Notes under the pieces: model-generated
What the model was told of the DNA's origin: nothing
The model's database searches: none
The model's input: the letters and a program-made list of their open reading frames with translations, nothing else
Translations under genes and position numbers: made by a program
Assembly (NCBI GenBank): GCA_963742735.1
Contig: CAVUMN010000004.1
Location: 384,001 to 448,000, forward strand
Direction: 5' to 3'
DNA from: an uncultured Actinomycetes bacterium
GTDB lineage: Bacteria > Actinomycetota > UBA4738 > JBBDTT01
Length of the DNA stretch: 64,000 nucleotides
In this document: positions 9,344 to 19,584 of the stretch, in pieces
How positions within the stretch are numbered: the stretch's first letter is position 1
Layout of the letters: each line of letters starts with the position of its first letter

Positions 9344-10749
9344 GGCGTCGGTCCGCGTCCCGCGGCCCACGCGTCCAGGAGGGCGTAGGCCTCGTCCTTG
9401 TCGATGGGGCCGCGATCCATCCGCAGCTCCAGCAGGTGGTCGAGCGCCTCGCCGACGACCGGGCCGGGCGGGACGCCCAGGTGGGACATGACCTCGTTCC
9501 CGTCGAGGGGTGGCCGGATCTTCTTGAGGTTCTCCTCCTCGGCCAGGCGCGCCACCCGCTCCTCGAGCTCGTCCTGCAGGGCGGCCAGCGCGCGGGCCTT
9601 GAACGGGTTCCGCGTGGTGCAGTCCGCCCGCACCAGCTGGTTGAGGGGGTCGAGCAGCTCGCCGGCGTCGCGGACGTAGCGCCGCACCGCGCCGTCGGAC
9701 CACCCCATCGCGTACGTGTGGAAGCGCAGGTGCATCTCCACGAGCTTCACGACGTCGGCGATCTGGCGCTCCGGATAGCGCAGGGCCCGCAGCCGCTCCT
9801 CGGCCATGCGCGCCCCGACCACCTCGTGGTGGTGGAACGACACGCCGTCGTCGGTGAACTGGCGGGTCCGCGGCTTCCCGACGTCGTGGAACAGCGCCGC
9901 CAGGCGGAGGGTCTCGTCCTCCTGCCTGCAGCGCTCGATCACCGCCAGCGTGTGCCGGAACACGTCCTTGTGCTTGTGGATGGGGTCCTGCTCCAGGCGC
10001 AGCGCCGGCAGCTCGGGCAGGAACACCTCGGCCAGTCCGGTGTCGACCACGATCTCCAGCCCGCGCGAGGGCCTCGCGGCGACCAGGAGCTTGTTGAGCT
10101 CGTCGCGGATCCGCTCGGGCGAGACGATGCGCAGGCGCTCGCGCATCTCCTCGATCGCCGCGAGGACCTCCGTGGTGGGGACGGCCTCGATCGAGGACGC
10201 GAACCGCGCCGCGCGAAGCATCCGCAGCGGGTCGTCCTCGAAGGAGACGTGCGGGTCGAGCGGCGTGGCCAGGCGTTTCTCGGCCAGGTCGAGCAGGCCC
10301 CCAAACGGATCGACGAACTCCCCGTCGGGCAGACGGACGGCCATCGCGTTGATGGTGAAGTCGCGCCGCGACAGGTCGGCCTGGAGGTCACCGACGAAGG
10401 AGACCTCCGGGTGGCGGTCGTCTTCCGGGTAAGACTCCTCGCGGAAGGTCGTGATGTGCATCGGATGCTCGCCCTTCGCGGCGTCGACGGTCCCGTACTT
10501 CACCCCGGTCAGGAACTGACGGTCGGCCCAGCCGCGAATGACGCGGACGGTCTCCTCGGGCCGGGCGTCGGTCGCGAAGTCCAGGTCCTCGCTCGGACGC
10601 CCGAGCAGGGCGTCACGGACCCACCCGCCCACCAAGTAGAGCTCGTGGCCGGCGTCGCGGAACCGCTCGCCGAGCTCGGCGGCGACCGGCGTCACGTTCA
10701 GCAGCTCGCCGAGGCGGCGCTGCTGGTCGGGAGAGAGCTGCTGGGCCAT
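9340..10749 (-). CDS. cca: CCA tRNA nucleotidyltransferase with HD domain
   Basis: LVGGWVRD..DLDFAT, DLSRRDFTINAMA, EDDPLRMLRAARF, FHDVGKP. Confidence 0.95.
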   Translation of the reverse strand: MAQQLSPDQQRRLGELLNVTPVAAELGERFRDAGHELYLVGGWVRDALLGRPSEDLDFATDARPEETVRVIRGWADRQFLTGVKYGTVDAAKGEHPMHITTFREESYPEDDRHPEVSFVGDLQADLSRRDFTINAMAVRLPDGEFVDPFGGLLDLAEKRLATPLDPHVSFEDDPLRMLRAARFASSIEAVPTTEVLAAIEEMRERLRIVSPERIRDELNKLLVAARPSRGLEIVVDTGLAEVFLPELPALRLEQDPIHKHKDVFRHTLAVIERCRQEDETLRLAALFHDVGKPRTRQFTDDGVSFHHHEVVGARMAEERLRALRYPERQIADVVKLVEMHLRFHTYAMGWSDGAVRRYVRDAGELLDPLNQLVRADCTTRNPFKARALAALQDELEERVARLAEEENLKKIRPPLDGNEVMSHLGVPPGPVVGEALDHLLELRMDRGPIDKDEAYALLDAWAAGRGPTP

Positions 10750-10767
10750 GGCCCGTTGAGGATAGCG

Positions 10768-11892
10768 TCAGGTAATGGCGACGGGCTCGAGGCCGCGCTT
10801 GCGAAGGCCCTTGATGATCCGGGCGAGGGCGTCGACGGTGTTCGAGCGGTCGCCCCCGCCGTCGTGCAGCAGGATGATCGCCCCCGGCCGCGCGTCACGC
10901 AGGACGCGACCCACCACGGTGTTCACCGGCGGCCGCGTCCAGTCCCGGGAGTCGACCGCCCACAGGACCGTGCGCATGCCCCGCGCCTCGGCCTCGTCCC
11001 TGACGAACTCCGACCAGGAGCCGCCCGGAGGCCGGAACCCGACCGGGGCGATCCCCAGGCGGTTCAGGACGCGCTGCATGCGGTCCATCTCCCCGCGGAT
11101 CTCCTTACGGGGACGGCGCGCGAACGGTCCTCCGATCGGATGCGCGTAGGTGTGGTTCCCGACCGTGTGGCCCTCCCGGATCATGCGTTTCACCAGCCCG
11201 GGATAGCGCTCCACCAGCGTGCCGACGACGAAGAACGTCGCCTTCACCTTGAAGCGCTTCAGGATGTCGAGGATCTTCGGCGTGTAGGTCGGCGACGGGC
11301 CGTCGTCGAACGTCAGCGACACCTCGAGCGGCGCGTTGTACGGCCCCGTGGGCCGGAAGACCGAGGAGACCAGCTTGCCCGAGACCTTTCCCCGGGTGGT
11401 GACCTGCTGCCCCGGGGCCGTGGCCAGGCTGGCCTGCGGGTTGGCGACCCGGCCGCCCGGCACGCGCACGACGTGCTCGACGAGCGACTCCACCCGGTCC
11501 CTCCCGTCGACCACCTCCACCACGTCGCCGTCGCCGAGCACCCGGCCGGGCTCGGCGGCCTCGCCGTTGACCTCCAGGTGGCCCGGGAACCGGCCCGCCT
11601 CGAGCACCACCCGCTCGACGTCGAGGAAGTCGCCGGCGAGCGGCCGGAGGTCCTCGGCGATGCGAACCTCGTCGAGCGTCGTCCCCGGCGTGAGGGACCG
11701 AACGACATCGCCCACCCGGACCTGGATGGGCGACGGCAGGTCGTCGAGCGGCAACGGCAGCGCCACGACGACCGCGGACACGCCGGCCACCGTGAGCCGC
11801 CGGCGCCATCGCACCCACCGGCGCCGGCGCCGGGATGGAGCGCGGCCGGGCCTGCCGTCCTCCAGCAGCTCGGGGCGTGCCTCCGTCTTCAC
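10768..11892 (-). CDS. Membrane-anchored polysaccharide/peptidoglycan deacetylase (NodB domain)
   Basis: LTFDDGP, GNHTYAHP, FRPPGG, DSRDW, IILLHDGGG; Arg-rich stretch plus TM at N-terminus; start estimated. Confidence 0.9.
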   Translation of the reverse strand: MKTEARPELLEDGRPGRAPSRRRRRWVRWRRRLTVAGVSAVVVALPLPLDDLPSPIQVRVGDVVRSLTPGTTLDEVRIAEDLRPLAGDFLDVERVVLEAGRFPGHLEVNGEAAEPGRVLGDGDVVEVVDGRDRVESLVEHVVRVPGGRVANPQASLATAPGQQVTTRGKVSGKLVSSVFRPTGPYNAPLEVSLTFDDGPSPTYTPKILDILKRFKVKATFFVVGTLVERYPGLVKRMIREGHTVGNHTYAHPIGGPFARRPRKEIRGEMDRMQRVLNRLGIAPVGFRPPGGSWSEFVRDEAEARGMRTVLWAVDSRDWTRPPVNTVVGRVLRDARPGAIILLHDGGGDRSNTVDALARIIKGLRKRGLEPVAIT

Positions 11893-11913
11893 CGCCCGAT
11901 TGTAGGTTCGGCC

Positions 11914-11940
11914 GGTTTGTCCGCCGTGGAGGCCGGGTAC
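11914..11940 (+). promoter_or_regulatory. SigB/SigF-type general stress promoter
   Basis: GGTTT-N16-GGGTAC upstream of the KGG gene. Confidence 0.6.
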
Positions 11941-11991
11941 CAAGCCAAAAGGCGTCCCGGCATACCCAACCCCGAGCGAGGAGGGTGATTC

Positions 11992-12183
11992 ATGCCCGGC
12001 CGGAGCAAGATGAGCCGAGCCGAGGCCGGCCGCAAGGGCGGCCTCACCACCAAGCAGCGCCACGGCCCGGAGTTCTTCGAGCGCATCGGGCGCATCGGAG
12101 GCAAGAAGGGCGGCGACACGACCAAGCGCCGCTACGGGATCGAGTTCTACCAGACGATCGGGCGCAAGGGCGGCTCGAAGTAG
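11992..12183 (+). CDS. KGG-repeat general stress protein (GsiB/Em-like)
   Basis: EAGRKGG, IGRIGGKKGG, IGRKGG repeats; RBS GAGGAGGG. Confidence 0.9.
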   Translation: MPGRSKMSRAEAGRKGGLTTKQRHGPEFFERIGRIGGKKGGDTTKRRYGIEFYQTIGRKGGSK

Positions 12184-12231
12184 CCCGGCCCCGCACGGGG
12201 GCCTGGGGAGGCTCGACTAAGCTCCCCCGCG

Positions 12232-12699
12232 ATGCGATCGAGCGTTGACGTGCACAACGCGCTGATCGAGCGCGGCGTCCCCCACGAGCTGGTCCCGATC
12301 CGGGGGCGCATGCGCAAGCCGGATCGGATCGCGGCCGTCTTCGGGCTCGACCCCGCCCAGGTGGGGCGGGTCGTCCTGTACGAGGGCGAGGGCCGCCTGG
12401 TCGCCGCGCTGCTGGCGGCGGCACAGCGGCCCGATCCCAAGCGGGTGGCGGCCGCCGCCGGACTCTCCAGGGCCCGCGAAGTTCGCGCCGCCCGGACCAG
12501 CCAGCTCACGGGGTTCCTGCACGAGGCCCTGCCGCCCGTGGCCCTGCCGGCCGAGGTCGACCTGTTCCTCGACGAGGGCCTTTCGAACGGCGACGTCCTG
12601 TACTTCCCCGGCGGCGAGGCGTCGTCGGTCCTGAAGATCCGCGGCGCCGATCTGGTTCGCGCCACCGGGGCGACCGTGGCGCGGCTCGTCCGCGAGTGA
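12232..12699 (+). CDS. YbaK/aminoacyl-tRNA editing family protein
   Basis: Size and pattern (TGF...ALPPVA...FLDEGL...YFPGG...LKI) fit the YbaK fold; divergent. Confidence 0.65.
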   Translation: MRSSVDVHNALIERGVPHELVPIRGRMRKPDRIAAVFGLDPAQVGRVVLYEGEGRLVAALLAAAQRPDPKRVAAAAGLSRAREVRAARTSQLTGFLHEALPPVALPAEVDLFLDEGLSNGDVLYFPGGEASSVLKIRGADLVRATGATVARLVRE

Positions 12700-13130
12700 A
12701 GACCCGGTTCGCCGTCTCGTCCGGCGGCGTCGTCGTCCGTCCTTCGGGCGAGAGTTGGGAGACGGTCCTCGCATCCCGGCGCACCCGGGGCGGCGAACTC
12801 GTATGGGGCCTCGCCAAGGGCCAGATCGAGCCGGGCGAGTCGACGGAGCAGGCGGCCCTGCGCGAGGTGCAGGAGGAGACCGGGATCGAGGCCAAGCTCC
12901 TGGGCCCGCTCGAGGAAATCTCCTACTGGTTCGTGTGGGAGGGAGAGCGCGTCAAGAAGACCGTGCACTTCTACCTGATGGAGGCCACGGGCGGCGACGC
13001 CTCGCTCCACGACAAGGAGATGGAGGAGGTCCGCTGGTTCCCGATGGACGAGGCGGTCTCCCTGGCGGGCTACGCCAGCGAGCGCAAGGTACTCAAGGTG
13101 GCGAAGGCCGCGATCGAAGCGGCGACCTGA
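12696..13130 (+). CDS. NUDIX hydrolase
   Basis: Nudix box KGQIEPGESTEQAALREVQEETG; conserved position before DUF6049/murJ. Confidence 0.92.
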   Translation: MKTRFAVSSGGVVVRPSGESWETVLASRRTRGGELVWGLAKGQIEPGESTEQAALREVQEETGIEAKLLGPLEEISYWFVWEGERVKKTVHFYLMEATGGDASLHDKEMEEVRWFPMDEAVSLAGYASERKVLKVAKAAIEAAT

Positions 13131-13159
13131 TGGCTCGACGGTAGGATGGCCCACCGGCC

Positions 13160-15211
13160 ATGAGACGGCTCCCGGCGGCCCTCTTCGTCCTGCTCCTGAC
13201 CGTGTCCGCCATCCCGGCGGCCGCCCAGGACGATCCGGCGCCCCCCGTCGAGCTTCGGCTGCTGGAACAGACCGCCTGGAACGGTCCCCAGCGCGGCCAG
13301 CGCGTGCTCACGGTTCGGGTCCGCGCCCAGAACGACGGCGAGGAGGACCTGGGCCGCCTGACGCTGGCCATGACGATCTTCGCCCCGGCGCGCGGCCGCC
13401 TGGAGTACGAGGAGAGCCTGTCGGGAGACGCCACCGCGGAGATCGACACCGACCCGCGTGAGCAGCCCGGCCCGCTCCCCGCGGGAGGGTCCCGCGAGTT
13501 CGAGGTGGTGAAGACGCTCAACGAGCTCATCGATCGCGGTGACACCGCCGTGTACCCGATGAAGCTGGAGCTGCGCTCGGACGACGTCCCCGTCGCGACC
13601 ATCCGCTCCCCCATCGTCTTCGTGGTCCCGGAGGAGGAGGTCGAGCCGCTGCGCGTGTCCACGACGATCGTGCTGGCCGACCGTCTGCACCAGGATCCCG
13701 CGGGCCGGTTCCTCGACCGGTCACTGGAGGCCGCGGTCGGCCCGGACGGATGGCTGGCCGGCGTCGTGAACGCCCTCCGCGACGACGATGACCTGGTGGC
13801 GACACTGGCGATCTCGCCGCTCCTCCTCCGGCAGCTGGCCGAGATGCGCGACGGCTACGAGGTGACGGGCGAGGGTGGCGGGGCGGTCGGCCAGGGAGCC
13901 CGTGGGGCCGCCGACGCGGCTCGCTCCCTCACCGAGCTGTCGGCGCTCGTCGCGCAGGGTGAGCCGGACCTGGCCACGTACCCGTTCGCCGGGCCCTCGC
14001 TTCCGGCCCTGGCGGCGGGCGGGCTGGACCGCGACATCCGCAACCAGCTCCTGCGCGGGGCGGCGCTCGTCGAACGGCTCGTCGGCCGCGCCCCGGACCC
14101 GTCGCTGATCCGGCCCCCCCTCGGCCATCTGGACGGCGAGTCCCTGGGCGAGCTCGAGGCCCTCTCCGAGGGCAAGCGGCCGACGGTGCTGCTCGATTCC
14201 GGGTCCGCCGTCCCTCCCGAGGACGCCGAGGGGCTCGGGTTCAGCCCGGCCGCGTCGGGCCGCGCCCAGGCCGGCGACGTCGAGCTGCCGGCCATCCTGG
14301 CGAGCGCGAGCCTGCAGTCCGTGCTCGAGACGGTTCCCGATGACCCCGTGCTTCGCGCGCAGGCCGCACTCGGCGAGCTCGCGGTGATCCACCAGGAGCG
14401 GCCCGGGGTGCTCCGCGGCGTGGCGGTGGTCCTCGGCGAGAGTCGGCGTCCTCAGGCCGCGTTCGTCCGGGCGTTCCTGGCCGGGCTGCGCTCGGTGCCC
14501 CTCCTGCAGGCGAGGCGCGCCGGCGAGTTCCTCACTGAGCTCCGCACCGACGCCGAGTTCCCGCTGGCCGATCGCTCCTCTCCCCAGTTCACCGCCGACT
14601 ACGAGGCCGACATCCGCCAGACCCGCGATCAGATCGAGCGCTTCCGCTCGGTGTTCCTCGAGGCCGCCGACCTCTCCTCGACGATGGGCGAGCTGGTCCT
14701 GCTCGCGGAGGCCCAGCAGTTCATCCGCGACGAGGAGGCCGGGCGGGGGTTCCTGCGCCGGGTCCAGGGGATCGCCGAGGGACGGTTCGCCAAGATCACG
14801 ACGGTGGGAACGGAGCAGCCCGTCACGCTCGCCTCTCGCAGCGGCCCCGTGCCGGTGAGCATCCGCAACGACGGGGGCGGGACCGCCGCGATCCGGGTGC
14901 ACCTGCTCTCCCCGAGCCTCCGGTTCCAGGGCGGCGACGTTCGCGACATCACCGTGGAACCGGGGGTGACGACCTTCCCGTTCGTCGCCCAGACCCGACG
15001 CGGCGGCCGGTTCCCGGTGCAGCTGGTCCTGTGCCCCCCCGACACCGCGCCGCAGGACTGCGAACCGGGCGACCGGGCGGCGATCTCCGACGCCACGATC
15101 ATCGTGCGCTCGACCGTGTACAACCGCGTGGCGCTCGTCCTGACGATCGGCGCGGCGGTGTTCCTGCTGGCCGGATGGGGAAGGCGGGTGATCCGACGGG
15201 CTCGGACGTGA
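13160..15211 (+). CDS. DUF6049-like secreted/membrane-anchored protein
   Basis: Signal peptide, C-terminal TM and Arg tail; VTLASRSGPVPVSIRN; conserved position before murJ. Confidence 0.7.
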   Translation: MRRLPAALFVLLLTVSAIPAAAQDDPAPPVELRLLEQTAWNGPQRGQRVLTVRVRAQNDGEEDLGRLTLAMTIFAPARGRLEYEESLSGDATAEIDTDPREQPGPLPAGGSREFEVVKTLNELIDRGDTAVYPMKLELRSDDVPVATIRSPIVFVVPEEEVEPLRVSTTIVLADRLHQDPAGRFLDRSLEAAVGPDGWLAGVVNALRDDDDLVATLAISPLLLRQLAEMRDGYEVTGEGGGAVGQGARGAADAARSLTELSALVAQGEPDLATYPFAGPSLPALAAGGLDRDIRNQLLRGAALVERLVGRAPDPSLIRPPLGHLDGESLGELEALSEGKRPTVLLDSGSAVPPEDAEGLGFSPAASGRAQAGDVELPAILASASLQSVLETVPDDPVLRAQAALGELAVIHQERPGVLRGVAVVLGESRRPQAAFVRAFLAGLRSVPLLQARRAGEFLTELRTDAEFPLADRSSPQFTADYEADIRQTRDQIERFRSVFLEAADLSSTMGELVLLAEAQQFIRDEEAGRGFLRRVQGIAEGRFAKITTVGTEQPVTLASRSGPVPVSIRNDGGGTAAIRVHLLSPSLRFQGGDVRDITVEPGVTTFPFVAQTRRGGRFPVQLVLCPPDTAPQDCEPGDRAAISDATIIVRSTVYNRVALVLTIGAAVFLLAGWGRRVIRRART

Positions 15212-16831
15212 CCCCGCCGGAGGACGAGCGGCTCCTCAAGCACACCGCGGTGATGACCGCCGGCACCGCGCTGTCGCGGCTGACCGGGTTCGGCCGGCTG
15301 GCCGCCATGACGTTCGCGCTCGGGGTCGCGGAGAGCCGGCTGGCCGACGCTTACAACGTCGCCAACGTCACCCCGAACATGATCTACGACCTGGTCCTGG
15401 GCGGGGTCATCGCCTCGACGTTCGTGCCGGTGTTCGTGGAGTGGCTGCGAGACCCGCGGCCAGCAGGAGGCCTGGACGATCGCCCGGATCGTCCTCACCC
15501 TCACCGCGACCATCGGCGGGGCCATCACCGTGATCGCGATCCTGGCGGCGCCCTGGATCATCGACCTCTACACCGCGCGGTTCACCGGGTCCGAAGCAGA
15601 GGCCGCCCGCCGCCTGGCCACCTTCTTCCTGCGGTGGTTCCTCCCCCAGATCGTCCTGTACGGGCTCGGGGCGGGGATCATGACCGGCCTGCTGAACGCG
15701 CACCGCCGGTTCGGGGCTCCGATGTTCGCGCCGATCCTCAACAACCTCGTGGTGATCGCGACGTTCCTCACGTTCGCCGCGATCCACGACCGGGCCGTGC
15801 CGACCGCCGATGGGATCTCCACGGCCGAGCGGTACCTGCTGGCGATCGGGACGACCGCCGGGGTGGCCGCGATGACGATCGCGCTGGTGCCGCCGCTCAG
15901 GCGACTCGGGTTCCGGTGGCGGCCGGCCTGGAACTGGCGTCACGAGGCGGTGCGCACGATCGGGCGGCTCGCGTCCTGGCAGCTCCTGTACGTGGCGGTG
16001 AACCAGATCGGGCTGCTGATCGTGATCGTCCTCGCCGGGCGGGAGCAGGGCGGCTACACGGCGTACGCGGCGGCGTTCATCTTCTTCCAGCTCCCCTACG
16101 GGGTCTTCGCCGTCTCGATCATGACCGCGCTGTTGCCGACGCTCTCCAGCCTGTGGGTGGCCGAGGACCGCGCCGAGTTCCGAGGCCAGCTGGCCCAAGG
16201 GCTGCGGGCCACGGCGTTCATCGTGCTGCCGGCGGCCCTCGGCTACCTGGCCCTGTCCCGGCCGATCGTTCGGCTGCTCCTCGAGCACGGCGTCACGACG
16301 GAGGCGTCGACGGCGCTGATCGCGGACGTCCTGGCATTGTTCGCGCTCGGGTTGTTCTCGTTCTCCGCGTTCCAGCTCCTGCTCCGCGGCTTCTACGCGA
16401 TGCAGGACACGCGCACGCCGGCGTTCATCAACGTCTTCGCCGTGGGGATCAACACCGCGGCCAATGTGGTGTTCTTCGACCTGTTCGGCGTCAAGGGCCT
16501 CGCCCTCGGTCACGCCACGGCGTACACGTTCGCGGCGGTCGTCTCCGGCGCGGTGCTGCGCCGGAGGACGGGAGGGATGGAGGGCCGGAGGCTGGCCGAC
16601 GGACTGCTGCGGATCGGCGTGGCGTCCGCCGCGACCGGTGGAGCGGCCTGGCTCGCCGCCAAGGGAATCGGGGCGGTCCTCGGCACCGAGACGTTCCTCG
16701 ATCAGTTGGCGCAGGTCGCCGTGGGCGTCGCGGCGGGACTTATGATCTTCATCGCGCTGGTCGTGTTGCTTCGCGTCGAGGAGTTCGGGCTCGTGAAGCG
16801 CTTCGTGCTCGGGCGGATCCGGAGGTCGTGA
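15208..16831 (+). CDS. murJ: Lipid II flippase MurJ (MviN), interrupted by a +1 frameshift near 15448
   Basis: TALSRLTGFGR, DAYNVAN.TPNMIY in one frame; FLPQI, APILNN, FQLPYGVF, RGFYAMQDTRTP in the +1 frame. Confidence 0.9.
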
Positions 16832-17232
16832 TGGGGTCGCTGCGGTGGTCCGACGAGCGAGGCATCATCGCGTCCTTCTTCATCAAGCTCCTGCTCTTCC
16901 TGGCGATCACGGGCATCGCCGCGGCGGACGGGGCCTCGATCCTGTTCGCCAACCTCCGCTCCAGCGACGCCGCCTCGGCCGGCTCGACCGCGTGCGCGGT
17001 CTCCTTCCAGCGCAACCACACCCAGGAACAGGCGACCCTGGCCGCCCTCGAGGCGGCGAACCAGAAGGGCGAGGGGATCCAGGTCACCGCGGTGACGGTC
17101 AACCCCGACACCGGCGAGTGCACCGTGACGGCCCGGACCACGGCGGAGACGCTGGTGATCGGGAAGATCGGCTTCCTCAAGAAGTACGCGGAGGCCACCT
17201 CGACCGAGGTCGGGAAGCCCTCGACGGTGTGA
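16831..17232 (+). CDS. Tad/Flp-type prepilin-like protein
   Basis: DERG followed by a hydrophobic helix; AADGAS..DAASAG pattern; 133 aa; coupled to murJ stop. Confidence 0.55.
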   Translation: MGSLRWSDERGIIASFFIKLLLFLAITGIAAADGASILFANLRSSDAASAGSTACAVSFQRNHTQEQATLAALEAANQKGEGIQVTAVTVNPDTGECTVTARTTAETLVIGKIGFLKKYAEATSTEVGKPSTV

Positions 17233-18065
17233 CCGTCGCGGTCGTCACCGACAGCGCGGCCGACCTCCCCAACACCCTCGCTCGATCACTGAACGTTCGG
17301 GTCGTCCCCCTGACGGTGAGCTTCGGCGACGCGTCGTTCCTGGACGGGGTGGACCTGACCGCGGAGGCGTTCTGGGCTCGGCTGGAGACCGACCCGGCGT
17401 TTCCCACCACCGCCGCTCCCCCACCGGCCGCGCTCCTCGCCGCCTACCGGGAGGCGGCCGAGGCCGGGGCCGAGGCCGTCGTCTCCGTCCACCTCTCGGG
17501 CGAGCTTTCCCGGACCGTGGAGAGCGCGCGAGCCGCCGCGGCCGACGCCCCCGTCCCCGTCGAGGTCGTCGACTCGCGGGGGGTGTCGCTCGGCGAGGGC
17601 CTGGTGGCGCTGGCCGCCGCGCGCGCCGCCGCCCGGGGCCTGGGGCTGCCCGACGTCTCCCGCGTGGCCGCGAGCGCGCCCGCCCGAACCCGCATGTTCG
17701 CGATGCTCGACGCGGTTGAGTCGGTGGGCCGGGGCGGCCGCTTCGTCACCCCCAATGCGCCGGAGCAGCTCCGGATCCGCCCGGTCCTCACCCTGGTCGA
17801 CGGCCGGCCCGAGCTCCTGTCCCGGGCGCGAACCCGGTCCCGGGCGATCGCGGAGGTCCTGGCGCGGATCGCCGGGCCGGCCGAGGCGGCCGCCGTCATC
17901 CACTCCGGCGCACCGGAGCTCGCCGCGGTCGCGTCGGCCGTGCGGGAGACGACCGGCGCCGAGCCGGTCGAGGCCGTGATCGGCGCGGCGATGGGCGCCC
18001 ACATGGGTCCGCGCGCCCTCGGCGTGGTCGTCATGGAAGGCGAGGGGCCCGAGGGAGCCGAATAG
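17229..18065 (+). CDS. DegV family fatty-acid-binding protein
   Basis: VAVVTDSAADLP, VVPLTV.FG, SVHLSGELS, VVDSR, GAHMGP. Confidence 0.9.
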   Translation: MTVAVVTDSAADLPNTLARSLNVRVVPLTVSFGDASFLDGVDLTAEAFWARLETDPAFPTTAAPPPAALLAAYREAAEAGAEAVVSVHLSGELSRTVESARAAAADAPVPVEVVDSRGVSLGEGLVALAAARAAARGLGLPDVSRVAASAPARTRMFAMLDAVESVGRGGRFVTPNAPEQLRIRPVLTLVDGRPELLSRARTRSRAIAEVLARIAGPAEAAAVIHSGAPELAAVASAVRETTGAEPVEAVIGAAMGAHMGPRALGVVVMEGEGPEGAE

Positions 18066-18075
18066 ACTCGCGCGG

Positions 18076-19584
18076 ATGGACGACAAGCCCCCGGCCCAGC
18101 GGCTGGCCGACCGGTATGTGCTGCGCGAGCGGATCGCCGCCGGGGGCATGGCCTCCGTGTGGCGGGCCGAGGACGAGGTCCTGGCGCGCCCGGTCGCGGT
18201 CAAGATCCTGCACAAGGACCTGGCCAAGAACAAGAACTTCCTCCAGCGGTTCCGCCAGGAGGCGATGTCGGCCGCGCGCCTGTCCCACCCCCGGATCGTC
18301 CGCATCTTCGACACGGGCACCGACGGCCCCCTCACCTTCATCGTGATGGAGCTGTTCGAGGGCGAGGACCTCGCGGAGATCCTGAAGCGCGGTCCGCTGG
18401 ACCCGGACCGCGCGGCGTGGATCGTGTCGTGCGCGCTCGAGGGCCTCGCCCACGCCCACGACCAGGGCCTGGTCCACCGCGACGTGAAGCCCGGGAACAT
18501 CCTGGTGGGCGGGGACGGAGTCGTGAAGGTCACCGACTTCGGCGTCGCGAAGGCGGCGTTCAGTGAGGACCTCACCACCACCGGCAAGGTCCTCGGCACC
18601 GTGCGCTACCTGGCCCCGGAGCAGGTCTCCGGCGGCGAGCTCGACCACCGCTCGGACCTGTACTCGGCCGGCGTGGTTCTGTACGAGTCGCTGACGGGCC
18701 GGCCGCCGTTCGAGGGCGAGACCGACCTGGCCACGGCGACGATGCGCCTGACCCAGGACCCCATGCCGCCGCGGGCGGTCCGGGCCGGCATCTCCCGGGG
18801 TATGGAGAGGGTCACGATGAAAGCCCTGGCCCGCAAGCCCGAGGACCGCTTCGCCTCCGCCGAGGACATGCGGATGGCCATCGGCCGAGCCCTCGGCGAG
18901 AGCACCGGCGAGATCCGGGCCGTCCCCGCCCCCCCGCGCCGCGCGCCGGCTCCGGCTCGGGAGGAGGACCACGGCCCGAGCGAGCCGTCCTTCTTCCGTT
19001 CGTGGGCCCTGATCCCCCTGATCCTGCTCTTCCTGGCGGCGATCGTCGTCGCGATCGGCCTGCTCATCGGCCGCCTGGAGGTCGGCGGCCCACTCGGCAT
19101 CCGCGCGAACCAGGACCCGGGGGCCGAGCTCACGATCCGCTCCGCGGACGACTTCGACCCCCTCGGCAACGACCAGGCCGAGCACGCCGAGGAGGCGCCG
19201 AACGCCGTCGACGGGGACGCCGAGTCCGAGTGGGAGACCGACCGCTACTCCTCCGCCCAGCTCGGTGGACTCAAGGCCGGGGTCGGGCTGCTCGTGCAGC
19301 TCGAGTCCGAGGCCGGGATCGGCCGGCTGGTCGTGCGGTCCGAACTGAGCGGATGGACCTTCCAGGTCTTCGCGGCGGACGGCCTGAGCGCCGCCCCGGT
19401 CGCCGCGGACGCGCGGCCGGACGCCGACGGCGAGCGAGTCTTCACCGTCACCGGTGGCGTCGCGGAGATCGACCTCGAGCCGTTCCGAGCCCGGACCGTC
19501 CTCATCTGGATCACCGGCCTGGCGCCCGACGGCGGGGGCTTCCGGGCGTCGATCACCGAGGTCACCGTGCAGGAGGCCGGGTGA
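18076..19584 (+). CDS. Transmembrane Ser/Thr protein kinase
   Basis: GGMASVW, VAVK, HRDVKPGN, DFG, GTVRYLAPE; TM; extracellular discoidin-like domain (AVDGD..SEWET). Confidence 0.93.
   Translation: MDDKPPAQRLADRYVLRERIAAGGMASVWRAEDEVLARPVAVKILHKDLAKNKNFLQRFRQEAMSAARLSHPRIVRIFDTGTDGPLTFIVMELFEGEDLAEILKRGPLDPDRAAWIVSCALEGLAHAHDQGLVHRDVKPGNILVGGDGVVKVTDFGVAKAAFSEDLTTTGKVLGTVRYLAPEQVSGGELDHRSDLYSAGVVLYESLTGRPPFEGETDLATATMRLTQDPMPPRAVRAGISRGMERVTMKALARKPEDRFASAEDMRMAIGRALGESTGEIRAVPAPPRRAPAPAREEDHGPSEPSFFRSWALIPLILLFLAAIVVAIGLLIGRLEVGGPLGIRANQDPGAELTIRSADDFDPLGNDQAEHAEEAPNAVDGDAESEWETDRYSSAQLGGLKAGVGLLVQLESEAGIGRLVVRSELSGWTFQVFAADGLSAAPVAADARPDADGERVFTVTGGVAEIDLEPFRARTVLIWITGLAPDGGGFRASITEVTVQEAG

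Noticed and set aside
15031-17232. 733-aa ORF as a MurJ-pilin fusion
   Set aside because: Chimera of the murJ 5' part, out-of-frame filler and the separate downstream gene
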